DNA of 64,000 bases, taken from positions 80,691 through 144,690 of the forward strand of contig CBDBGS010000003.1 of NCBI GenBank assembly GCA_965205385.1, written 5' to 3'. Positions 1-7,065 of this stretch are shown here, piece by piece. The DNA comes from Dehalococcoidia bacterium (GTDB taxonomy: Bacteria; Chloroflexota; Dehalococcoidia; Lucifugimonadales; UBA3495). The first letter of the stretch is position 1. Every line of letters starts with the position of its first letter. A model generated the notes under the pieces. The model saw only the letters and a list, made by a program, of their open reading frames with translations. It had not been told where the DNA came from and did not search any database. The translations under genes were made by a program, and so were the position numbers.

Positions 1-2
1 CC

Positions 3-335
3 CAACTATGGGAGCAGGACGGTTGGAATGAGAAGTGCGGCATGGCCAGTGAGTCCGGGACTGGACAGGGGATGTCTTCCGAGGAGATCGCCGCCTGGCC
101 AGCGCCGTCCCGCGAGGCTCTAATCGGCTACTACGAGGCCGTCAAGGGCTGCGCCCGGGAGTGGCTGGGATCGGTCACCGACGCCGACCTGGCCGGTACC
201 ATCACCCTGCCAAACAATCCCGAGCCGCGGCCCGTGTCCGACATGTTGGGCACTTTGGTCTACGACAACACGGTCCATGGTGGCCAGATTGCCTACCTTC
301 GCGGATACTATGGAGGGTTGGGCTGGTTCGTGTAA
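3..335 (+). CDS. DinB-family protein, C-terminal part (gene runs off the left edge)
   Basis: The frame is open from base 3 with no stop before the Met at 42. The C-terminal ...NTVHGGQIAYLRGYYG... resembles the last helix and His of DinB-type helical-bundle proteins. Confidence 0.5.
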   Translation, partial: QLWEQDGWNEKCGMASESGTGQGMSSEEIAAWPAPSREALIGYYEAVKGCAREWLGSVTDADLAGTITLPNNPEPRPVSDMLGTLVYDNTVHGGQIAYLRGYYGGLGWFV

Positions 336-383
336 CCTGCCCCGGACCGCCATGAAGAAGCAAGCGCGACAAGGAGCATCGAG

Positions 384-779
384 ATGAGCACACAAGCGCA
401 GGGCACCAAGCCCTACGTGGTGCACGGCCCACAGGAGGCTAACACCACGGCCCAAACGCGGGGAATGGAGCGGCGTCCGGGGATAACCTCCCTGACCGCC
501 GGGGCTTCCAAGATTTGGCTGGGACTGGTTACCGCCGCACCCAACGAGGCGGGTCCGCCCCACCACCACGGAGAGGCCGAGACCGCCGCGTATATCCTCA
601 GCGGACATGTGCGCGTGTATTTTGGCGAGAACTTCGAGGAATTCGTGGAAGCTGGGCCGGGAGACTTCTTATTCGTTCCGGCCAACACGCCTCACATCGA
701 GGCCAACCCCTACGACGAACCGCAGACGGCGGTGCTGGCGCGCTCCCCGGACAACATCGTCATAAACCTGGGAGAGTAG
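384..779 (+). CDS. cupin domain protein
   Basis: 131-aa ORF with a cupin-like metal motif region (PPHHHGEAETAAYILSGHV ... GDFLFVPANTPH). Confidence 0.7.
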   Translation: MSTQAQGTKPYVVHGPQEANTTAQTRGMERRPGITSLTAGASKIWLGLVTAAPNEAGPPHHHGEAETAAYILSGHVRVYFGENFEEFVEAGPGDFLFVPANTPHIEANPYDEPQTAVLARSPDNIVINLGE

Positions 780-897
780 TTCTGATATCCCGCGGCCATC
801 GGACGAATTAGGGCGCGTATTACGTGAATATGATGCGTTACCCAAAACTGCGCGTTAAGCAACCGACGGGCATGATGATATCCGACCGGAATGGATC

Positions 898-1110
898 ATG
901 TGGATAAGAGATGCTCCTCATGATCAGTGGGTGGAGGTGGCCAACGACGGGGAAGTCAGGACGGTCCTGGTAGGGCGGGTGCCCGAATTCGGACAATGGA
1001 TCAAGGTCGTGTTTATCGGAGAGGCGAGAACAGGGGCGCTGCACACTGCGTATGCGGATCGAAGACTGGCGAAGAAATATGGAGGAAGACCGTGGCGGGA
1101 GCTCGAATAG
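898..1110 (+). CDS. small hypothetical protein (possible toxin-like partner of a two-gene cassette)
   Basis: 70-aa ORF in a lower-GC spacer. Its last 19 nt overlap the next small ORF. No family recognised with confidence. Confidence 0.35.
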   Translation: MWIRDAPHDQWVEVANDGEVRTVLVGRVPEFGQWIKVVFIGEARTGALHTAYADRRLAKKYGGRPWRELE

Positions 1111-1367
1111 ACTACCAAGAACTTGAGTCGCTGCCGGAGGTCGTTGCGTCCTACGCGCCAGACACCCCGACTCTCTCCATACACAATGGGCTTAAGACAT
1201 CGGATGGGGAAGAAATCGCGAGAGGCCGGACAGCCTTCTACAATGCCGAAGGCTGTCCGGCCGGGTTTGTTTTGGAGCTGGGGTTTGCGGAATCCGCCGC
1301 ATCGCTGCTCCGGCCATTGGTGGATTTTACTCGATCCAAATCTCAAGGCGGCAACACATTCCCTTAA
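1092..1367 (+). CDS. small hypothetical protein (possible antitoxin-like partner)
   Basis: GTG at 1092 is preceded by GGAGGA (1081-1086) and opens a 91-aa ORF. The ORF track shows this frame only as the tail of 927..1367. The sequence ...LSIHNGLKTSDGEEIARGRTAFYNAEGCPAGFVLELGF... looks like genuine protein. Confidence 0.35.
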   Translation: MAGARIDYQELESLPEVVASYAPDTPTLSIHNGLKTSDGEEIARGRTAFYNAEGCPAGFVLELGFAESAASLLRPLVDFTRSKSQGGNTFP

Positions 1368-1434
1368 CCAACTGACATAGATTAGAACTCCAACTTGGAG
1401 AGACTAGACCAGGTTTCAAGGATTGGTGACAGTA

Positions 1435-2985
1435 ATGAAATACGACCACATCGTCATTGGCTCAGGGTCGGCGGGCTCCATAGTAGCCACCAGGTTGAGC
1501 GAAGACCCTTCCCGCTCGGTATTGTTGCTGGAAGCCGGACCGGACTACCCGGACTTCGAGCAGTTGCCCGAAGAGGTCAAGTTCGGCTATGCAACCGGCA
1601 CCGACATAATGACCAGCGACCACAACTGGCAGTTCACCGGCAAGGCCACCGAGCAAGCCGAGCCGATGCTGGTGCCGAGGGGGAAGGTTACGGGCGGCTC
1701 CAGCGCGATCAACGGTCAAGTGTTCCTGCGTGGTGTGCCCGAGGACTATGAGGCCTGGGCCGCTCTGGGAAACGACCAATGGCGTTTTCAGAACCTCCTG
1801 CAATATTTCCGTATGATCGAGACCGATACGGACTTTGGCGGGGACGACTTCCACAATTCGGACGGTCCGATTATCGTGCGGCGGTTCAAGCAGCAAGAGA
1901 TGTTGCCGGACCAACAGGCGTTCTACGAGGCCTGCCGCGCCATCGGGATTCCAGACAGTCCGGACCATAACCTTCCCGATGCCTCCGGGGTGGGGCCGTG
2001 TCCGGTCAACAACCCCAACGGCATCCGGTGGAGCACCGCGCTGGGCTACTTGAACATGGCCCGGCACAGGTTGAACCTGACACTTCGGCCCAACTGTACG
2101 GTCCACCGGATTATTTTCGAAGGCAAGAGAGCGGTGGGAGTGGAAGTGGAGAGCGGTGGAGAAAGGTTCATCGCGGAAGGCGATGAGATAATCCTCAGCT
2201 CAGGGGCTATCGGATCGCCGCACATCCTGTTACTGTCTGGCATTGGCCCTGCCGGCCAGCTCAGCAGCCTGGGCATCCCGGTGGTCCATGATCTGCCCGG
2301 CGTCGGTCAGAACATGCGGGACCATCCAACCGTTCCGCTAACCTGGAGGACCAAACCCGAACACGAACTGAACGGGCTCGCTCCCAGGATGCAAATGGCC
2401 CTGCGCACTACTGCTGAAGGCTCACACCTGCGCAACGATATCCAGGTATTGATGCAGTCCTTCGCCACCGAACGGATCAACCGGGGCGGCGACCGCATGG
2501 ACCCGCTGGGGATTCGGATGCTCGTAATCCTAAATCTGGCGGTTGGGCATGGAGAGTTGCGGCTGACGTCGAGTGATCCCTCAGTACAGCCATTCCTGGA
2601 CTACCGCTACCTGGAGGAAGAGTTCGACCGGAAGCGGTTGCGGGACGCGGTGCGGATGTGTGTGAGGCTGGCTGAACACCAGCGCTTCCGGGACATAATA
2701 GAGGAACGCACGGAGCCAACAGACACCGAGCTTGCCTCGGACGAAGCGCTGGACCAGTTCCTCTACCGGGAGGTATCCACGGGCCAGCACATCTCATGCA
2801 CATGCAAGATGGGCCCCGCATCGGACCCGATGGCTGTGGTAAGCCAGTACGGCAAGCTCCACGGTCTTGAGGGAATCCGGGTGGTAGACGCATCCATTAT
2901 GCCCAACTGCGTCCGCGCCAACACCAACGTCACGACCATGATGATCGGGGAACACGTCTCCGACTTCATCCGGCAAGGTCAGTAG
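1435..2985 (+). CDS. GMC-family FAD oxidoreductase (choline-dehydrogenase-like)
   Basis: N-terminal FAD fold YDHIVIGSGSAGSIVATRLSEDP. Length and C-terminal ...HISCTCKMG...VVDASIMP... are typical of GMC oxidoreductases. ATG 1435 is preferred over TTG 1423. Confidence 0.85.
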   Translation: MKYDHIVIGSGSAGSIVATRLSEDPSRSVLLLEAGPDYPDFEQLPEEVKFGYATGTDIMTSDHNWQFTGKATEQAEPMLVPRGKVTGGSSAINGQVFLRGVPEDYEAWAALGNDQWRFQNLLQYFRMIETDTDFGGDDFHNSDGPIIVRRFKQQEMLPDQQAFYEACRAIGIPDSPDHNLPDASGVGPCPVNNPNGIRWSTALGYLNMARHRLNLTLRPNCTVHRIIFEGKRAVGVEVESGGERFIAEGDEIILSSGAIGSPHILLLSGIGPAGQLSSLGIPVVHDLPGVGQNMRDHPTVPLTWRTKPEHELNGLAPRMQMALRTTAEGSHLRNDIQVLMQSFATERINRGGDRMDPLGIRMLVILNLAVGHGELRLTSSDPSVQPFLDYRYLEEEFDRKRLRDAVRMCVRLAEHQRFRDIIEERTEPTDTELASDEALDQFLYREVSTGQHISCTCKMGPASDPMAVVSQYGKLHGLEGIRVVDASIMPNCVRANTNVTTMMIGEHVSDFIRQGQ

Positions 2986-3050
2986 AAGCCCAATTTGGGG
3001 ATGCGCTCAAGACGAAAGCAGTGCCGCCTTGAGCGCCGAGCCCATTTTGC

Positions 3051-3497
3051 CTAAACGCCTGTCATATCCGCCAATGGGTCGATCACTTCCAGGAACGGAA
3101 AGCGGCGGAAGCCTCTATGACGAGTGGAAATTCGGGAGAGACCACGTTCTCTCATCAATACCGCTATGTGCAAATCGTGCATCTGGTTACTGGGAACAGT
3201 GGGTAACTCAGATAACACTTGGCTAAGGGTCGCGGCGTGACGGTCAGTGGCCACGAGGGGTCGGAACCCTGGCGAGGTTAATAGACGGTCCAAGAAATCC
3301 CAGGCTAACTCCGGCGTCAGGGGTCTTCCAAAAACCCGAGGGTGGGTGCTGACTCTTAGAAATTCATAACAGACATTCTACGGAATATATCCGATTTCTT
3401 GGCCATCAACGAATTGCTCCAGAAATCGGTAACAATGTTCTTGATACGTTGCGCCATCGTCCGCATCGTATGTGAGCACATTGGTGTCGAATACCAA
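3051..3497 (-). pseudogene. vapC: PIN-domain toxin VapC interrupted by an in-frame TAG (3380..3378)
   Basis: From TTG 3497 the frame reads (M)VFDTNVLTYDADDG...GYIP*NVCYEFLRVSTHPRVF...DLHIAVLMRERGLSRISTRHRGFRRF. This is one continuous frame with a single amber stop. It lies directly downstream of the vapB-like gene. Confidence 0.7.
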
Positions 3498-3501
3498 TAT
3501 C

Positions 3502-3822
3502 CTATACCTTACCATCCGAGTTCAAATGAGAACCATAGATTACGTCTACACCCATAGCCTCGTACAGCGCTTCCCGGTCTGAGATATCTACCAGGTGGCC
3601 GCCGCTGTTCCAGCCTGGAAGCCATATGGCCCCCTGGATTTTCCGGCCGGGTTGTATTTCTGTCATGTCTCCGGCCATGTCTGCGACTTGGGCTGAAGAG
3701 TCAACCAGAAGGAGTCGAAGAGCTTCCTCGACCAGTGATGACATTGTAGTTCCACGTTTGACCGATTCCCGACGCAGCAAGTCATTCAACTTCCCGTCTA
3801 AATTCAGTGCTGTTCTCATCAT
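3502..3822 (-). CDS. vapB: VapB-type (ribbon-helix-helix) antitoxin
   Basis: N-terminus MRTALNLDGKLNDLLRRESVKRGTTMSSLVEEALRLLL is typical of VapB/CopG-like antitoxins. The gene abuts the PIN gene, with its stop at 3504..3502. Confidence 0.7.
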   Translation of the reverse strand: MMRTALNLDGKLNDLLRRESVKRGTTMSSLVEEALRLLLVDSSAQVADMAGDMTEIQPGRKIQGAIWLPGWNSGGHLVDISDREALYEAMGVDVIYGSHLNSDGKV

Positions 3823-3901
3823 TCTTCTGCTTCAAATATGGGACAGGTGAGACCCATTGGTCTCAATGTCGTGGTGGACATATCCACCTTGAGCCAGACG
3901 G

Positions 3902-4987
3902 CTAAAACACCACCACCGACCTTAGCACTTCGCCCCGTTCCATCTTGTGGAACGCTTCTTCGACATCGCCTATGGCGATGGTCTCGGATACGAAGCGTTC
4001 CAGGTCCAGGCGTCCCTGCAGGTAGAGGTCTATGTACATGGGGAAATCGCGGCTGGGCAGACAGTCGCCGTACCAGGACGACTTGAGGGAGCCGCCGCGG
4101 CCGAACACTTCCAGCAACGGCAACTCGATCTTCATGTCTGGGCTGGGGACCCCGACCAGCACAACCGTCCCCGCATGGTCCCTGGCGTAGAAGGCCTGCT
4201 CGAATGTCCTGGGATTGCCGACGGCTTCGATGGCTACGTTGACGCCGTTGCCCCCGGTCAGGTTTCTGATCTCCTCCACGGGGTCGGTTTCGGATGCGTT
4301 GATGGTGTGGGTCGCGCCGAAATCACTGGCCCATTGCAGTTTCCGGGGGTCGATGTCCACGGCGATGATCGTATGGGCTCCCGCCAGCCGCGCGCCGGCT
4401 ATGGCGGCGTCACCCACGCCTCCGCAGCCGATAACGGCCACCGAGTCCCCCCGGCTCACGCCGCCGGTATTGATCGCCGCGCCCAACCCCGCCATTATTC
4501 CGCAGCCAATCAGTCCGGCGGCTTCGGGGCTGGCCTTGGGATCGACTTTCACAGCCTGTCCCGCAGCCACCAGGGTTAGTTCAGCGAAGGCGCCGATCCC
4601 CAACGCCGGAGACAGGGGAGTGCCGTCGGCTAGGGTCATCGGGTTCTTAGCGTTCTGGCTGGCGAAGCAGTACCAAGGACGTCCCCGGAGGCACGACCGG
4701 CAAGTGCCGCACGGAGCCCTCCAGGCGATGACCACGAAGTCGCCCGTAGCCACGTTATCCACCCCGTCTCCCACGGCCTCGACGGTACCCGACGCCTCAT
4801 GCCCAAGCAGAAACGGGAACTCGTCGTTGATCGCCCCCTCCCGGTAGTGGAGGTCGGTGTGGCAGACCCCACAAGCCTTGATCCGTACCAGGACCTCGCC
4901 GGGACCTGGATCGGGGACTAAAATATCCCTGAGTTCGACTGCGGCGCCCTTCGCGCTTGCGATTACTCCGGTAACCTGATGGGGCAT
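3902..4987 (-). CDS. Zn-dependent alcohol dehydrogenase, class III / S-(hydroxymethyl)mycothiol dehydrogenase-like
   Basis: [29 protein letters not shown] zinc motif, GxGxxG Rossmann motif ([12 protein letters not shown]), 361 aa. Confidence 0.85.
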   Translation of the reverse strand: MPHQVTGVIASAKGAAVELRDILVPDPGPGEVLVRIKACGVCHTDLHYREGAINDEFPFLLGHEASGTVEAVGDGVDNVATGDFVVIAWRAPCGTCRSCLRGRPWYCFASQNAKNPMTLADGTPLSPALGIGAFAELTLVAAGQAVKVDPKASPEAAGLIGCGIMAGLGAAINTGGVSRGDSVAVIGCGGVGDAAIAGARLAGAHTIIAVDIDPRKLQWASDFGATHTINASETDPVEEIRNLTGGNGVNVAIEAVGNPRTFEQAFYARDHAGTVVLVGVPSPDMKIELPLLEVFGRGGSLKSSWYGDCLPSRDFPMYIDLYLQGRLDLERFVSETIAIGDVEEAFHKMERGEVLRSVVVF

Positions 4988-5088
4988 AATTTGTTACTCC
5001 GGGATTGCTCTGGGTCTGAATTAGGGGTTGCGGTAGACCGCGGTTACCCGATTGCCTGCCAGCGGAATCGGAACGCAGTCCGGCGATA

Positions 5089-5673
5089 CTATCTGGGGCC
5101 CATGGACTCTTGCAGGTCTTCGATGACCTTGTCGCGGGAACGGGTCTGCCACCTTCTGCGCTGTCCGATGGGGAGATTTTCGATTTCGGGAAAGACCTTC
5201 ATAGCCACAAACACCGGGCCGGGTTGCTCCATGATCTGCGCGATGTTGTTCGTGAAGTCTTCCAGATTGTCGAAGGCGTAGGCCGATGGGTAGCCTGACC
5301 CGCGTGCGATAACGTCGTATTGGACGTTGGCGGCGTTGGGCACCGGCTGTCCCCCGGTGGTGGCGTAGCACTCGTTGTCCAGCATGAAGTGGTAGAAGTT
5401 CTTGGGCGCTTTCTCCGCGATGGTCGGCAGCGCGCCCAGGTTCATGAGCACGTCGCCTTCCGAGTCGAAGAGGACCACCTTTTCATTGGGCCTGGCCAGG
5501 GCAAGACCCAGGCCGAAGGAGGCGTGGCCGCCCATCGCCGGGTCTCCCAATGGGACGTCCCTGGTCTCGTTGGTGCTAACGTTGACCCAGTGGCGGCCAC
5601 CCCGGCCGGGAATAACCACCGCGTCGCCCCGGTACTGCTGGAAGACCTTTAGCATGTCTTCGGTCTGAAACAT
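5089..5673 (-). CDS. TPP-dependent decarboxylase, beta subunit (sulfopyruvate/phosphonopyruvate decarboxylase-like)
   Basis: TPP-binding GDG-type region (LFDSEGDVLMNLGALPT...MLDNECYATTGGQ). ATG 5673 is preceded by AGGAG. The longer track ORF (to 5778) only adds a translated tandem repeat. Confidence 0.6.
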   Translation of the reverse strand: MFQTEDMLKVFQQYRGDAVVIPGRGGRHWVNVSTNETRDVPLGDPAMGGHASFGLGLALARPNEKVVLFDSEGDVLMNLGALPTIAEKAPKNFYHFMLDNECYATTGGQPVPNAANVQYDVIARGSGYPSAYAFDNLEDFTNNIAQIMEQPGPVFVAMKVFPEIENLPIGQRRRWQTRSRDKVIEDLQESMGPR

Positions 5674-5702
5674 CCGCTTTCTCCTATATTCGCGCTTTCT
5701 CC

Positions 5703-5754
5703 TACCGGTATTCGCGCTACCGGTATTCGCGCTACCGGTATTCGCGCTACCGGT
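5703..5754. repeat. 15-bp direct tandem repeat TACCGGTATTCGCGC x3 plus a partial copy
   Basis: Exact copies at 5703-5717, 5718-5732 and 5733-5747, partial copy at 5748-5754, and a related TATTCGCGC at 5687-5695. It fills the spacer between the two decarboxylase subunit genes. Confidence 0.95.
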
Positions 5755-6262
5755 TGAAGCCGTGGTATTCGTCGCCAACCAGGACGGCCACGGGCTTGCT
5801 CGTCTTTTCCGCCTCCTGGAAGGCGATGGAAATGCGCTCCGCGTCTTGGTCGTTCTCCACCAGGAAATACCGAATATTGAAGGCGTTTAAGAACCGTTCC
5901 GTGTAGGTGGCGGCGGTGTCCTGGTCCACGCCGTGCCGCGTATACCCCCGGTAACCCACCATCAACACGACGGGGATGTTCATCCCCATTGCCCAGCCCC
6001 GAAGGGAGTCACCGGACTCCATGAGCCCCGTGTTCTGGATCAAGATAATGGGTTTGGCTCCACCCACCGACAGACCGGCGGCGGTGGAAAATGCCTGACC
6101 CTCACGGCTGACGGAGATCAGGTCCAGGTTAGGTTCGTCCTTCATCAGCAGGTATAGGAAATTGGTCTCGCTGTCTGGAAGCCAGACCACGTGGGTAACG
6201 CCGTTCTTGCGCATGTGGTCCAGCACCACTTCAGGGCTGAACCCTCCCTCTTGCTGGGTCAT
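5747..6262 (-). CDS. TPP-dependent decarboxylase, alpha subunit (sulfopyruvate decarboxylase ComD-like)
   Basis: 171 aa. The pyrimidine-binding-domain-like sequence ...VSREGQAFSTAAGLSVGGAKPIILIQNTGLMESGDSL...IPVVLMVGYRG matches the split alpha-subunit pattern. Confidence 0.6.
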   Translation of the reverse strand: MTQQEGGFSPEVVLDHMRKNGVTHVVWLPDSETNFLYLLMKDEPNLDLISVSREGQAFSTAAGLSVGGAKPIILIQNTGLMESGDSLRGWAMGMNIPVVLMVGYRGYTRHGVDQDTAATYTERFLNAFNIRYFLVENDQDAERISIAFQEAEKTSKPVAVLVGDEYHGFNR

Positions 6263-6457
6263 GTCGGATACCTCTCTCAGGCCGGGCTAAGAATGTCGCG
6301 GCTTGACCGGCCGGCACGAATGATTATATCCCGGCGGAGCAGAGCCGCAAAGTTACGCTATCCCGGACTACTGACCACTCACCACCGGCAACAGCTTTAA
6401 CTGCGCCGCGCAAGGGGTTAGAATCCAGCCAGTGCAGATTCGATTGGGAGTAGTCTT

Positions 6458-6946
6458 ATGCCTCCACCAGAGAGATACAACACGGGATATAACGTCGGCG
6501 TGGGCGGCGCGGTCGTGGATGATGGGCGGCTCCTGTTGGTCCGCAGGGCCTCCCGCCGGGGCCGGGGCAACTGGCAGGTGCCGGGCGGATTCATCGAGCC
6601 CGATGAGACCATCGAGCAAGCGGTTGTGCGGGAAGTGGAAGAGGAGGCTGGCGTTGACTCCGAAGTAGTCGGCGTCCTCGGTATCAGGAACCGTTACGAC
6701 GAGGACAGCGCCAACAGCTTGTACATAGTCCTACTGCTCAAATGGGTAGGACGCGAGCCTAAACCCGACGAACACGAGGTTGACCGCGCCTGCTTCTTTA
6801 CCCTGGATGAGATCTGCGCCCTGGAACAGGTGCCGCCGATCAACGTAGAGATCGCCAAGCGCGCGTTGGACCCTGACCGCAAGCTGCTCAACCCCATGAC
6901 GGTCACCCAGCTCAACCGGACTCCTTACACTTTGTTCGTGGGGTAA
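6458..6946 (+). CDS. NUDIX hydrolase
   Basis: Nudix box GGFIEPDETIEQAVVREVEEEAGV. Confidence 0.85.
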   Translation: MPPPERYNTGYNVGVGGAVVDDGRLLLVRRASRRGRGNWQVPGGFIEPDETIEQAVVREVEEEAGVDSEVVGVLGIRNRYDEDSANSLYIVLLLKWVGREPKPDEHEVDRACFFTLDEICALEQVPPINVEIAKRALDPDRKLLNPMTVTQLNRTPYTLFVG

Positions 6947-6991
6947 CACTGTGGGAGTCCCCCCGCTGCGGCGGGCTGGGACATCCCAGGT

Positions 6992-7020
6992 TTGACGCGG
7001 TTGAACGTGGCTGCTAAACT
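6992..7020 (+). promoter_or_regulatory. sigma70-like promoter candidate (TTGACG-N17-TAAACT) upstream of aconitase
   Basis: Hexamers at 6992-6997 and 7015-7020 with a 17-bp spacer, about 45 bp before the ORF. Confidence 0.4.
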
Positions 7021-7065
7021 CCAACCTGCCGACGTACGACCCTACTCTATTTTGCGATTTTTCCT

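Noticed and set aside
5703-5754. Possible CRISPR array (also considered for 12494-12549)
   Set aside because: The units are only 14-15 bp and directly abutting with no spacers, and no cas genes are nearby. These are simple tandem repeats.
5674-5778. N-terminal extension MATNTTASTGSANTGSANTGSANTG... of the decarboxylase beta subunit
   Set aside because: The GSANT x3 peptide is simply the translated 15-bp DNA tandem repeat and overlaps the alpha-subunit gene end. An internal ATG (5673) with AGGAG gives a normal-length subunit.
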